A DNA stretch of 64,000 bases from Acidobacteriota bacterium. Its GTDB lineage: Bacteria; Actinomycetota; Acidimicrobiia; Acidimicrobiales; RAAP-2. The stretch lies in the NCBI GenBank assembly GCA_018970215.1, contig JAGWWX010000003.1, positions 4,668 to 68,667 on the forward strand, given 5' to 3'. Below, in pieces: positions 27,009 to 36,817 of the stretch. Under the pieces are notes generated by a model. That model saw only the letters and a program-made list of their open reading frames with translations, was not told the DNA's origin and did no database searches. The translations under genes and the position numbers were made by a program. The number at the start of each line of letters is the position of its first letter. Within the stretch, counting starts at the first letter, position 1.

Positions 27009-28281
27009 GGCTAACTCCTTGTGGTGCGAGAAGGTCGGCGAGGGTGATGTCGAGAGAGAGCTCTGCGGCGATGGCGTGGAGGTGATTGTCGTTGGCGTAG
27101 TCGGGACGTGCCACGATTTCCTTGAGGGCCACCGCACACTCGTCGGGATCGCCCACGCATTCGAAAGGCTTCTTTTCGGTTCCGAGTCCGACCAGAGTGC
27201 GAAGGGCGTCGCGGCGGTCGACCCGGCGTAAGGGGGAGGCTCCTTCGAAGAGTGCGTCGAGCTGAGAGGAATCCATAAAAGGTGCCAGAACGAGTGCGAT
27301 GAAGAGACACTTGTCGCATTCGCCGCACCAGTTCACCGCACGATCGACCTGCTCTTGTCGAAACGCTCGATTGCAGCTGCGAAAAGTTGGCAGGACATCG
27401 TGGTGTCGCGTAAATTCACGCGCCACCCACAACTCACTGCGGTCTCGCAAGAAACTCGCCACCGTGATGCTCGGTCCACATCGCTCGGTAATGGCATCGG
27501 CGAGGAGCCGTTCGGCGTGAGCCGATTTGCTCCACTGATGGTTGATGGCGTGTGATCCTCGCATCACATTGGGCACGGACGCCGAATGTTCGTTACTCAT
27601 CACCACACCGCTGCGCCCCGTCGCGAGCGCACTGACGGTTGCCAGAAGAGTCACCATTGCGGTGACCGGTACGTGGCCGTTGAAGTATCGCGACGTGGGG
27701 GTGGTGATACGGGGGTCCAGGGTGCGCGTGGCTCTTTGACTCTCGAGTTCCATGACGGTCGCTGTTGCTTCAAGGGGCGCGAAGGTGCCCGATGATGGAC
27801 TCACGATGAACAAGTGATTGTTGAGCTGGGCGGAGAGTGCCCGAACCGTCACCACCGAATCAATGCCTCCCCCAAAGGGTGTGAGAACTGCATTGGGGTC
27901 GAGTTGTGGTTGGGTGCGTGACACGTCACGGCCACCTTCGATTGTCACATCAGAGAGATCGAGATCATTGCGAAACGCAAATTCGCCGAGGCCGTCGTAC
28001 AGCGCGGCGGCAAGAAACTCCCGGCCCGCCGCGCCCAGCGGAATGGATCCGACGTCGACGACATGGGCGGCGCGGGCTTTGTAGTAGGAGAGGCCCGCGG
28101 TGAGGTACCACAGTTCCGCCACGGATTGCACCGCCTCGGCATTATGGGCGAGCTCGTGTGAAAACTCAATGGTCTCGGTGAAGGAGTCCCCGTCGCATTC
28201 GTAGTGCCCTCGAAGAGTGGAGCCGTGAACGTCGAGCCCGAGGTACCTAAATAGTTCGGCCCGCTGCGGCACAGTTGTCAT
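26983..28281 (-). CDS. murL: UDP-MurNAc-L-Ala-L-Glu epimerase MurL
   Basis: AGLSYYKA, GGGIDS, FNGHVPVT, VMSNEHSAS, INHQWSKS, FRSCNRAF..WCGECDKCLF..L.LAPF and KPFECVG match the MurL family as I recall it. Confidence 0.8.
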   Translation of the reverse strand: MTTVPQRAELFRYLGLDVHGSTLRGHYECDGDSFTETIEFSHELAHNAEAVQSVAELWYLTAGLSYYKARAAHVVDVGSIPLGAAGREFLAAALYDGLGEFAFRNDLDLSDVTIEGGRDVSRTQPQLDPNAVLTPFGGGIDSVVTVRALSAQLNNHLFIVSPSSGTFAPLEATATVMELESQRATRTLDPRITTPTSRYFNGHVPVTAMVTLLATVSALATGRSGVVMSNEHSASVPNVMRGSHAINHQWSKSAHAERLLADAITERCGPSITVASFLRDRSELWVAREFTRHHDVLPTFRSCNRAFRQEQVDRAVNWCGECDKCLFIALVLAPFMDSSQLDALFEGASPLRRVDRRDALRTLVGLGTEKKPFECVGDPDECAVALKEIVARPDYANDNHLHAIAAELSLDITLADLLAPQGVSRVPASWIS

Positions 28282-28282
28282 G

Positions 28283-29050
28283 CTACGACTCCCACCGGGC
28301 GAGCAGGGCAAATCGGCCGCATGGACGCGCCGCACGGTCGGAGAAGAAAGTGTCGCCACCGTCTGTGACCTCGCGCGACATCCAGGTATGGGCGTCATCG
28401 ACGCCGACCCGCGCGAGCTGAGTCCGCACGACCCCGCGGAGATCGAGTAGTGAACGATCGCCGATGTCGTGTACCGCGTGCTTCGCGAAATCGGAATGTG
28501 CGTCAATAACCTCGGGTCCCACTTGGTACGTAGCACCCGAGATCGATGGGCCCACGACCGCCAGTACCGGCGCCCCGTCGTCTCCCGCGATAGCGCGCGC
28601 CTTGTCGATGATGTTGAGCGCGAGGCCTCGCCACCCGGCGTGCACCATAACGCACCGCCTCGTGTGTGGATTTATGAGCGCGAGCGGCACGCAGTCGGCG
28701 ACACGAATGCCTGCGGCTGGGTCTCCGGAATCCACAATGATGCCGTCAGCCGCGGTGTCGTCATTGATCTCACTGACCCTGACGATGTCCGTCCCGTGTA
28801 CTTGGTGGACGAAAGAAACTCGGTCACCACCGAAGGCGCTTGACAGCATGAGTCCGTTCAGTGCGACGGCGGTCGGGCTGTCACCCACGTGCGTACCGAG
28901 ATTGAGTCCGGCGTAGGGCCCGGTGGAGACTCCACCGGCTCGCGAAGTGACCGCCAAGTCAAGACCAGCGACGGGCAGTCCGGGGAAGCGCCACAAGGTG
29001 ACACCTCGACTCGTATCGGGGACGAGAGAAACTACCGGCACTGTCGACAC
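28283..29050 (-). CDS. pgeF: Peptidoglycan editing factor PgeF (YfiH/laccase-domain protein)
   Basis: GGVS.GPY..LNLG.HVGD, QVHG, ADCVP, HAGWRG (His-Cys-His triad) and FFSDR. Confidence 0.85.
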   Translation of the reverse strand: MSTVPVVSLVPDTSRGVTLWRFPGLPVAGLDLAVTSRAGGVSTGPYAGLNLGTHVGDSPTAVALNGLMLSSAFGGDRVSFVHQVHGTDIVRVSEINDDTAADGIIVDSGDPAAGIRVADCVPLALINPHTRRCVMVHAGWRGLALNIIDKARAIAGDDGAPVLAVVGPSISGATYQVGPEVIDAHSDFAKHAVHDIGDRSLLDLRGVVRTQLARVGVDDAHTWMSREVTDGGDTFFSDRAARPCGRFALLARWES

Positions 29051-29403
29051 GTTCCGATGAGTTCCACGACGTGCTCGACGTCGGCAAAGTCAGCGGCGGT
29101 CGCGACCGATTCAATCCAACGTTCTAAGTCGAGTCCGTCAATTTCCGCCGTAGTTCCACAGTGACCACAGACGAGATGGTGATGATGTCCCGCCCCACAC
29201 CACCGGTAGCGGGCTTCTCCGCTCTGATCGTGCAACACGTCCAAACTGCCGGCAGTCAACATGCGTCGAAGCTCACGATAGATGGTGGCAAGTCCGACGT
29301 GCTCGCCACGCACAGCAATCATCGTGTGGAGTTCTCGAGCACTAGCAAATCCCTCGCTGTCACGAAAGGCTTGTTCGATTAGCGGGCGCGTTTTACGCGC
29401 CAT
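29032..29403 (-). CDS. zur: Fur-family regulator, Zur (FurB)-like
   Basis: GLATIYR, HHHHLVCGHCG and HVVELIGTCRQC resemble mycobacterial Zur; the gene follows a ZIP transporter. Confidence 0.8.
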   Translation of the reverse strand: MARKTRPLIEQAFRDSEGFASARELHTMIAVRGEHVGLATIYRELRRMLTAGSLDVLHDQSGEARYRWCGAGHHHHLVCGHCGTTAEIDGLDLERWIESVATAADFADVEHVVELIGTCRQCR

Positions 29404-30127
29404 GTGCCACCACAACCCACATCACCGCAATACCCACGACGGTCGAGACGAGAGTCCAACGAGTGGGGTGGCTTGCGTGCGCTTCGGGCAGGATATGGGC
29501 CGTCGCAATGTAGATAACGAAGCCCGTAAAGAGCGCTAAATACAGGGTGATGTCATCACCACTGATCAGCATTGTCGTGCCGACCGCTGCGCCGGCCACG
29601 CGCGCAACAGCATCTGCGACTACCAGATACATTGCTCGGTTCGAGATTTTCCCGTGTCGCACCATGAAAGAGACGGAGTTCAGTCCATCGTTGAATGCGT
29701 GGACGAGAAGGGCGATAAAAACGGAGAGCCCGAGCTGATTCGAAACCTGAAATGCCGCACCGATACCGACGCCGTCAAGAAACACGTGCGCGATGAGGGC
29801 GAGACCGCTCAGCGTCCCAACCACATGCTTATGCGTGTGCCCGTCTCCATAGTCCGAGTGCTGCGGCTCGTGGGTTGCGAACAGTTTTTCCACGCCGTGT
29901 AGAGCGAGAAAACCCGCCACGATCGCAATCGAGACGGCGCGCGTGCCGAGGAACTCGTGTCGATTTTGCCCGAAGACCTCCGGCAGAAGATCGAATCCGA
30001 CGAGACCAAGAAGGAGGCCAGCCGAGAGTCCCAAAATGAGGTGGAGCCGGTCACGAACCCGCAGTGCCAAGAGTCCGCCGGCCGTCGTGGCGCCTGCGGT
30101 CAAAAAAGCGAATGCCATGGCTCGCAT
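29393..30127 (-). CDS. zupT: ZIP family Zn/divalent metal transporter
   Basis: Multiple TM helices, LGLSAGLLLG..FDLLPE, a His-rich loop HTHKH, HVFLDG, HAFNDG and HILPEAH. Confidence 0.85.
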   Translation of the reverse strand: MRAMAFAFLTAGATTAGGLLALRVRDRLHLILGLSAGLLLGLVGFDLLPEVFGQNRHEFLGTRAVSIAIVAGFLALHGVEKLFATHEPQHSDYGDGHTHKHVVGTLSGLALIAHVFLDGVGIGAAFQVSNQLGLSVFIALLVHAFNDGLNSVSFMVRHGKISNRAMYLVVADAVARVAGAAVGTTMLISGDDITLYLALFTGFVIYIATAHILPEAHASHPTRWTLVSTVVGIAVMWVVVAHGA

Positions 30128-30143
30128 GGTGTCAGGTTAGCCA

Positions 30144-30164
30144 AAATGAGAATGATTTTCAAAA
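30144..30164. promoter_or_regulatory. Zur/Fur box in the divergent zupT/tilS promoter
   Basis: AAATGAGAATGATTTTCAAAA is an imperfect palindrome close to the actinobacterial Zur consensus TATTGAAAATnATTTTCAATA, 16 bp upstream of the zupT start. Confidence 0.75.
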
Positions 30165-30204
30165 TGTCGACACGGCCGGTTCTTCAGTGTCGTATCGTGA
30201 CGCC

Positions 30205-31110
30205 GTGACGGGTGCGAGTGAACTACTGCCACGCTGCCGATTCCCAACGGACGAAAAGACTCTTCACGTGGCGGTTTCGGGGGGACCCGACTCCGTTGGC
30301 CTCGCCTTGCTGGCGCACGCGGCGGGGCTCCACCTCCATCTCCATCACGTCAATCACCATCTTCGCGACGATAGTGATCGTGACGCACGCTGCGTCGAAT
30401 CGCTCGCCCAACATTTGGACGTACCGGTAACGGTGCACCACGTAGAAGTCGACCGTGCGAAGGGAGTCGAGGCGGGTGCTCGCGCGGCACGTCGTACCGT
30501 CATGCCAGCCGACGCGGTAACGGGGCACACTATGGATGATCTCGCTGAAACTATGTTGATCAACTTGCTACGGGGTGCCGGCCGAGACGGCCTTTCACCC
30601 ATGGTGGGTAGTCCCACAAAGCCACTCTTACAAATCCGACGTCACGAGCTCCGAGATTTTGTTGAGCAGTCGCTGGTCGACTTCGTCATTGATCCCACAA
30701 ACCACGACCGAACGCTCGTGCGTAATGAAGTTCGCCATTCGGTGGTGCCCCTGTTGAATCGAGTGGCGGGTCGAGATATTGTTCCGATTCTGGCTCGGCA
30801 GGCGTACGTCATCGCCGAAGAGTCGTCATGGCTTGATGAGATGACGATGCACGATCGCTTGCTGACACTCGAATCCGCCGACTGCCGAGAGTTGCGGACG
30901 TGGCATCCCGCGCGCCTCGCCCGCTGGCTGCGACTGGTTCTTCTCCGTGACGATGTTGACGGTCTCCACCCACCCACCCTGGCGGAAGTGGAGCGAGTAA
31001 TGGCCGTCGTCCGCGGTGACGTGACAGCGACCGAGCTAGAAGGCGGTCGTCGTGTCGCTCGCCACCAGCAGAACCTCTCGTTATCAGTGAGTGCGCCCGC
31101 TACCCTGTGA
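30205..31110 (+). CDS. tilS: tRNA(Ile)-lysidine synthetase
   Basis: VAVSGGPDS, HVNHHLR, EAGARAAR, TGHTMDDLAET and KPLL motifs. Leaderless TATCGT-GACGCC-GTG start. Confidence 0.93.
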   Translation: MTGASELLPRCRFPTDEKTLHVAVSGGPDSVGLALLAHAAGLHLHLHHVNHHLRDDSDRDARCVESLAQHLDVPVTVHHVEVDRAKGVEAGARAARRTVMPADAVTGHTMDDLAETMLINLLRGAGRDGLSPMVGSPTKPLLQIRRHELRDFVEQSLVDFVIDPTNHDRTLVRNEVRHSVVPLLNRVAGRDIVPILARQAYVIAEESSWLDEMTMHDRLLTLESADCRELRTWHPARLARWLRLVLLRDDVDGLHPPTLAEVERVMAVVRGDVTATELEGGRRVARHQQNLSLSVSAPATL

Positions 31111-31114
31111 GCCA

Positions 31115-31684
31115 ATGAGTTCGTCCTCAATTCCAGAACATCTGCAGTGGACCGGCGACGACCTTGCCGGTGCCGTTTTGACGGGGGAGCAAATCCAACA
31201 GCGAGTAGCTGAGTTGGGCGAGACAATTTCTGCCGATTACGGCGACACTCCACCGCTACTGGTGTGCGTGTTAAAGGGTGCCGTGACGTTTATGAGCGAT
31301 CTCATGCGCGCTGTCCGCCTGCCGTGCGATATCGATTTCATGGCTGTTTCGTCCTACGGTGCCGCCACCAAGTCGTCGGGCGTCGTACGGATTATCAAGG
31401 ACTTAGAAAGTGATATTGCGGGCCGTCACGTTCTAATCGTGGAAGACATTGTTGACTCTGGCCTGACGTTGAACTATTTGCGTAAGTACCTGGGAGCGCG
31501 AAAGCCAGCGAGCCTGGAAGTCTGCGCGCTTCTCTTGAAAGAAGGCGAACAGAAGGTTGAGCAAACGATTCGTTACGTGGGTTTTACTATCCCGTCGACC
31601 TTCGTGGTGGGGTATGGCCTTGACGTCGCGGAGAAGTATCGGAATCTCGACGGCATTTACACCTACCAAGGAGAAGGTTCGTGA
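31115..31684 (+). CDS. hpt: Hypoxanthine phosphoribosyltransferase
   Basis: [31 protein letters not shown] and FVVGYGLD motifs. Confidence 0.96.
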   Translation: MSSSSIPEHLQWTGDDLAGAVLTGEQIQQRVAELGETISADYGDTPPLLVCVLKGAVTFMSDLMRAVRLPCDIDFMAVSSYGAATKSSGVVRIIKDLESDIAGRHVLIVEDIVDSGLTLNYLRKYLGARKPASLEVCALLLKEGEQKVEQTIRYVGFTIPSTFVVGYGLDVAEKYRNLDGIYTYQGEGS

Positions 31685-32262
31685 TTGATCACAATCGAAT
31701 TGCCGCCGCCGTCAAAGAAATCCTCGCGGCAATTGGGGAGGACGTCAATCGCGACGGACTTCTGGAGACGCCCCGGCGAGTCGCCGACATGTACGTCGAA
31801 CTTTTCGAGGGTCTTGAGGCCGACCCCGGCGCACATCTCCGCACGACATTTGAAGCCGGACACGACGAAATGGTGATGGTACGTGACATCCCGTTTACGT
31901 CTCTTTGTGAGCATCACCTTGTGCCGTTTATCGGCCACGCCCACGTGGCCTACCTTCCGGGCACCGAAGGAAGGATCACTGGCTTGTCGAAGCTGGCTCG
32001 TTTGGTGGAGGGGTACGCACGTCGATTGCAGGTACAGGAACGAATGACGACCCAAATTGTCGACGCACTGGAGCGTGAACTCGCGCCGCGTGGCTCGATT
32101 GTCGTGATTGAAGCGGAGCACTTCTGTATGTCAATGCGAGGCGTGAAGAAGGCAGGTGCCACCACGGTGACCTCCGCGGTCCGCGGGGCATTCCAAACCG
32201 ATCCCACGACCCGCGCGGAGGCGCTGAACTTCATCCATCAGCGGAGGTCCTCGTGGCATTGA
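31681..32262 (+). CDS. folE: GTP cyclohydrolase I
   Basis: [36 protein letters not shown] and HFCMSMRGV motifs. Confidence 0.96.
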   Translation: MIDHNRIAAAVKEILAAIGEDVNRDGLLETPRRVADMYVELFEGLEADPGAHLRTTFEAGHDEMVMVRDIPFTSLCEHHLVPFIGHAHVAYLPGTEGRITGLSKLARLVEGYARRLQVQERMTTQIVDALERELAPRGSIVVIEAEHFCMSMRGVKKAGATTVTSAVRGAFQTDPTTRAEALNFIHQRRSSWH

Positions 32263-33053
32263 GCCCCTCGGTGATGGGGATTGTGAACGTCACGCCAGAT
32301 TCGTTTTTCCCCAATGGAAGGTCCGCAACCATTGACCATGCGATTCAGCGCGGTGTCGAGATGTTTGCCGCCGGCGCCGACATCGTCGACGTGGGTGGAG
32401 AATCAACACGGCCCGGCGCGGACGACGTCACACCCGAGGAAGAAATCGCCCGTGTGGTACCGGTCGTGCGCGCGCTCGCGCATCACGGACCGGTATCCAT
32501 CGATACGCAAAAGCCCGAGGTGGCGCGTGCGGCAGTGGCGGTCGGTGCCACCGTCATGAACGATGTTTCTGCGTCACTTATGACAGTGGCGGGGGAATTG
32601 GGCGTGGGTTATGTCGGCATGCACCGTCAGGGCACCGCCCAGACGATGCAGATCGACCCGCAGTACGACAACGTCGTGCTCGAGGTGAGGGACTTTCTCG
32701 CTCGCGTGGCAGATGAATCGCGCCGCGCGGGCATCACACAGTTGTGGCTTGATCCTGGAATTGGTTTCGGCAAGACGTCGCAGCACAACGTGGAGCTCCT
32801 CGCTCACCTTGATGTTGTGCGGACGCTCTGCGACGAATTTGACTGCGGTCTATTGATTGGCACCAGTCGCAAACGGTTTCTCGGTACGCTCTCACCGTTG
32901 GAATTAGAGGTAGACGAGCGCCTTGAAGGTTCGATTGCGACAGAGGCGTGGTCATTACTTCATGGAGCAGACATGGTGCGAGTGCACGATGTGCCCGCTG
33001 CGGTATACCTCCGCGAATTAGTAACGATGCCGTACGAAGAGGTGACAACGTGA
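32253..33053 (+). CDS. folP: Dihydropteroate synthase
   Basis: [42 protein letters not shown] and RVHDV motifs. Confidence 0.96.
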   Translation: MALSPSVMGIVNVTPDSFFPNGRSATIDHAIQRGVEMFAAGADIVDVGGESTRPGADDVTPEEEIARVVPVVRALAHHGPVSIDTQKPEVARAAVAVGATVMNDVSASLMTVAGELGVGYVGMHRQGTAQTMQIDPQYDNVVLEVRDFLARVADESRRAGITQLWLDPGIGFGKTSQHNVELLAHLDVVRTLCDEFDCGLLIGTSRKRFLGTLSPLELEVDERLEGSIATEAWSLLHGADMVRVHDVPAAVYLRELVTMPYEEVTT

Positions 33054-33547
33054 GAGGTAAGTGGGCGGCGGGGATTGAACCTCGTAACTTCACGTGGATT
33101 TTCCAAGGGCAACTGGCCGCCGCTGATCGGCCGGGTGGAGCGACGCGGGTTCACCGACAAGTACGTCGTGAAGAAGAACTCCGGTGGTTGAAGAATCAGA
33201 AGTTCACTCGAGTGATATCGCTCTTCGCGCTGCCGCTGAGTCATCGCGCCTACGAAGATCACGGAATGACCACGGCCATTTATCCCATTACAAATGACAC
33301 CGATCAACCGGAACTCATCACTGCTTTGTTCAGCGATATTCGCGACTCGGTCACTCGCGGCGAAGTCGTCTTGTTGCACGCCGATGAGGTGTCCGACCGA
33401 CTCCTTGGTCTTGTTGCCGGGTATCTCATTTGGTCGGGCCGTGCACCGAGTGACGCGATTGCCCTCGCCGCCATCGAACGGCTCTTTCGGCGCTCCATCA
33501 GCATTGAGGGACGCAACGTGTTGAAAAGTCTGCCGGAGAGGTCGTGA
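33050..33547 (+). CDS. Protein-tyrosine/dual-specificity phosphatase-fold protein lacking the catalytic Cys
   Basis: NFTWI..GQLAAADRPG, RVISL and VLLHADEVSDR (HCX5R with C to A). GTGA overlaps on both sides. Confidence 0.65.
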   Translation: MRGKWAAGIEPRNFTWIFQGQLAAADRPGGATRVHRQVRREEELRWLKNQKFTRVISLFALPLSHRAYEDHGMTTAIYPITNDTDQPELITALFSDIRDSVTRGEVVLLHADEVSDRLLGLVAGYLIWSGRAPSDAIALAAIERLFRRSISIEGRNVLKSLPERS

Positions 33548-33912
33548 CGGACACCATTGAACTCCGAGACATTCGGTTCTCGGCAATTGTGGGAGTGTTG
33601 CCTGAAGAGCGCGAGCGCCAGCAGCCCCTTTCGGTCGACATTGATATCGTGCGGGACTTTTTGGAGGCAGCACGTCACGACGACATCGACGCCACGACGA
33701 ACTACGCCCAGGTCATCACCACGGCCATCACCATTGCGCAACACGGAGAGTTTCAACTTCTCGAAACGTTGGCGCACCGAATTGCGAGTGGTGTTCTTGG
33801 TGTCGATGTGGCGATAGAGAGTGTGACGGTGGCGGTGCGGAAACTTCGCCCACCAGTTCCCGAGGATGTCGCAACGGTCGGCGTTCGCTGCACTCTAACG
33901 AGAGAGACGTGA
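33544..33912 (+). CDS. folB: Dihydroneopterin aldolase
   Basis: GVLPEERERQQP, TTNYA, LLETLA and VRKLRPP motifs. Confidence 0.93.
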   Translation: MTDTIELRDIRFSAIVGVLPEERERQQPLSVDIDIVRDFLEAARHDDIDATTNYAQVITTAITIAQHGEFQLLETLAHRIASGVLGVDVAIESVTVAVRKLRPPVPEDVATVGVRCTLTRET

Positions 33913-34373
33913 AAGCGTATTTTTCGCTGGGATCAAATCTCGGTCAGCGGGCGGATTACTTCACGACTGCGATTCCCATCCTGGCTCACGGCGATACCTT
34001 TCGTCTTTCACAGGTCTACGACACGGAGCCACAAGGTGGGGTTGAACAGGAGAGTTTTTGGAACCTTGTGATGGAGATTGAGACAGAGGCAACGCCTCGT
34101 CAACTCCTGGAACGCGCTCGCGCGGCCGAAGCGGCCAGTCACCGCACGCGGGAGGTGCGATGGGGGCCACGGACACTTGATGTAGATGTTCTGCTCGTCG
34201 GCGAACTTGTGAGTCGCGATCCCGACATCGTCGTTCCGCATCCACGGATGTGGGAGCGACGATTTGTCTTGGTTCCCCTGCGAGAGCTCGCCCCTGACCT
34301 GGTCTCGCTGGAGGCACTCGAACGCGCCCACGGCGAGGTCGTAGCGCTGGGTACACTGGCATCGTTGAGCTAA
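33909..34373 (+). CDS. folK: 2-amino-4-hydroxy-6-hydroxymethyldihydropteridine diphosphokinase
   Basis: SLGSNLG, RWGPRTLDVDVL and VPHPRMWERRFVLVPL motifs. Confidence 0.95.
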   Translation: MKAYFSLGSNLGQRADYFTTAIPILAHGDTFRLSQVYDTEPQGGVEQESFWNLVMEIETEATPRQLLERARAAEAASHRTREVRWGPRTLDVDVLLVGELVSRDPDIVVPHPRMWERRFVLVPLRELAPDLVSLEALERAHGEVVALGTLASLS

Positions 34374-34416
34374 CGACGAACGGCACCCGCGAGGGGCCGG
34401 AACGAAACGGGGCCGT

Positions 34417-35130
34417 ATGAAAATTGTCATTGTGGGTGCAGGTCGTTGCGGTCTGTCACTGGCGGCCGCCGCCGAGACGGTGGGTCACGACGTCACCGTC
34501 GTACATCACGACGAACTCGAACAGATTCCCGCTGCCGATGCGATCATCGTGTGCGTACCTGATAGCGCAATTGCGAGCGTGGCGACGGCCATTCCTCTCA
34601 CATCCGCCGTGGTCATGCACGTTGCCGGGTCACGAGGACTTGACGTTCTCGAACCACACACTCGTGTCGCTTCGATGCACCCACTGATGGCGCTGCCCAA
34701 TCCTGAAGTTGGTGCGCAACGACTCCGGGACGCAACATTCGCCGTCGCCGGCGATCCATTGGCCACCGAACTCGTGACGTCTCTTGGGGGACGCCCCGTG
34801 ATCATCCACGATGACAATCGGGTGAACTATCACGCCGCCGCGTGCGTTGCGGCGAATCACCTCGTGGCGTTGATGGCGTCAGTTGATGAGATTGCTCGAT
34901 CGGTTGGTCTCACTGTGGATGACTATCTTCCGCTCGCCGTCGCGTCACTGCGCGATGTGGCCACCATGGGTCCTCGTGACGCCCTGACGGGACCCGCCTC
35001 TCGTGGCGACTTATCGACAATCGATGCACATTTGCACGCCATCCCTGCGTCGGAGCGTGAGCTCTACGTCGCCCTCGCTCGAGAGGCATTAGCCCTCGGC
35101 GAGTTACAACGCTCCTCGACCGTCGCCTAA
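34417..35130 (+). CDS. Rossmann-like + DUF2520 protein (PanG-like putative ketopantoate reductase)
   Basis: VGAGRCG, VPDSAI, HVAGS, SMHPL, YHAAA..AANHLV and LTGPASRGD motifs; directly upstream of panC. Confidence 0.75.
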   Translation: MKIVIVGAGRCGLSLAAAAETVGHDVTVVHHDELEQIPAADAIIVCVPDSAIASVATAIPLTSAVVMHVAGSRGLDVLEPHTRVASMHPLMALPNPEVGAQRLRDATFAVAGDPLATELVTSLGGRPVIIHDDNRVNYHAAACVAANHLVALMASVDEIARSVGLTVDDYLPLAVASLRDVATMGPRDALTGPASRGDLSTIDAHLHAIPASERELYVALAREALALGELQRSSTVA

Positions 35131-35990
35131 TGCGTCAGATTTCCACTCTGTCGGAGTGGCGCGCCGCTACAGAAGACATTCGTCAATCGGGCCAACGTGT
35201 TGGTGTGATTCCAACAATGGGCGCGCTGCACGAAGGACATCGTTCGCTCATCCAACGGGCGATTGACGACGGCACCACTCCATGTGTCACCATCTTTGTC
35301 AATCCTCGTCAGTTCAATGACGAAGTCGATCTTCACGCGTACCCTCAGCCACTCGACGACGACCTCGCGCGTTGTCGTGAATGGGGCGTCGCGTACGTGT
35401 TGACGCCGACGATTCAAGAGATGTGGCCGTCGTACCCGCAGGCGACGGCAACAACGGTGCAGGTCGCGGGTGTTACGGAGGAGTTCGAAGGTGCGGGGCG
35501 ACCGGGACACTTTGACGGCGTCGCATCGGTCGTAACGAAACTCTTTGTTGTTACCGGACCTTCTACGGCCTATTTTGGCGAAAAGGACTTTCAGCAGTTG
35601 GCGATGGTTCGCCGCCTGGTGCTCGATATGGGTTTCGATATCGACATTGTGGGGTGCCCTATCGTGCGCGACGACAAGGGCCTCGCTCTTTCAAGTCGCA
35701 ATGCCCGCTTGAGTCCCACCGGCCGCACTGCGGCGCTCGCGATCTCCCGAGCGCTGAAGTGGGCGGCGGACAGACCACGCACTGTTGATGAAATCGACCA
35801 TCACGTCCGAGCGGCGTTAATCCAGGCCGGTATTGACGTGGCGTACGTGGCGGTGGTGAACCAAGAGACTTTGCAAACAGACATCGTTGATGGTTCGGCG
35901 AGGGTACTCGTCGCGGGAATAGTGGAGGGAGTGCGACTGCTCGATAACGCGCCAGTCGTGATTCGAAAGGACGACACGACGTGCTGTTAG
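35130..35990 (+). CDS. panC: Pantoate--beta-alanine ligase
   Basis: PTMGALHEGH, IFVNPRQF, RPGHFDGV, YFGEKDFQQ, GLALSSRN and RLLDN motifs. Confidence 0.96.
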   Translation: MRQISTLSEWRAATEDIRQSGQRVGVIPTMGALHEGHRSLIQRAIDDGTTPCVTIFVNPRQFNDEVDLHAYPQPLDDDLARCREWGVAYVLTPTIQEMWPSYPQATATTVQVAGVTEEFEGAGRPGHFDGVASVVTKLFVVTGPSTAYFGEKDFQQLAMVRRLVLDMGFDIDIVGCPIVRDDKGLALSSRNARLSPTGRTAALAISRALKWAADRPRTVDEIDHHVRAALIQAGIDVAYVAVVNQETLQTDIVDGSARVLVAGIVEGVRLLDNAPVVIRKDDTTCC

Positions 35991-36817
35991 CAATCGATAC
36001 AGGCAATACCGAGACCGTCATTGGGCTTATTGGCGACGAACCTGCCGATGTTTCCGATCGAGCGCTCGGGATTGCTCGAGCGACCGGTGAACACGGTTTG
36101 AAGTACCACTGGCGACTCAGCACAATTCCCGATCGCACTCCCGATGAACTCGCCATGGTGTTGACCCAACTGCTGTCGCTCGAGGGCCTGGATCTACGTA
36201 CCACCGTGTCTGCCATAGCGGTCTCGTCGTCGGTGCCAGCGGTCATAACGCAGATTCGCCGTATGGCGAATCGATGGTTCTCGTCAATGCCGCTCACCAT
36301 TCTCGGTCCGGGCGTGAAGTCGGGTATGCCGATTTTGTACGACAATCCAAAGGAAGTCGGACCAGACCGTATCGCCAATGCGGTTGGCGCCTTTGACCTG
36401 TATCCCGGATCAAGCATTGTGGTCGATATGGGTACGGCGACCACATTCGATGTCGTGAGTGGGAAAGGTGAATACCTCGGCGGCGCCATTGCTCCTGGTG
36501 TGGCGATCTCTCTCGACGCCCTCTACTCGCACGCCGCCGCCCTACGCTCCGTCGAGCTTGTGGAGCCCCGCTCGGTAATCGGTCGTTCGACGGTCGAATC
36601 GATTCAGTCCGGAGTTCTGTACGGCTTTGCGGCGCAGGTCGACGGCATGGTGGAGCGGATCCGTCGAGAGGTGGGGGAAGCGCAAGTGATTGCAACGGGC
36701 GGTCTCGCCGGCCTGATCGCTCCTCGAACCCAACACGTCCAATTTGTAGAACCGTGGCTCACCCTCCACGGATTGCGTATCGTTCATGAGAGAAACCACG
36801 TGGGAGAAAATTCGTGA
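35981..36817 (+). CDS. coaX: Type III pantothenate kinase
   Basis: LAIDTGNT, SSSVP, EVGPDR, VDMGTATTFD, GGAIAPG and LTLHGL motifs. Confidence 0.94.
   Translation: MLLAIDTGNTETVIGLIGDEPADVSDRALGIARATGEHGLKYHWRLSTIPDRTPDELAMVLTQLLSLEGLDLRTTVSAIAVSSSVPAVITQIRRMANRWFSSMPLTILGPGVKSGMPILYDNPKEVGPDRIANAVGAFDLYPGSSIVVDMGTATTFDVVSGKGEYLGGAIAPGVAISLDALYSHAAALRSVELVEPRSVIGRSTVESIQSGVLYGFAAQVDGMVERIRREVGEAQVIATGGLAGLIAPRTQHVQFVEPWLTLHGLRIVHERNHVGENS

Noticed and set aside
25658-30200. Integrative element at tRNA-Thr(CGT) carrying the mur/zur block
   Set aside because: No integrase, no duplicated tRNA 3' end seen near 30.2 kb, and no evident composition shift
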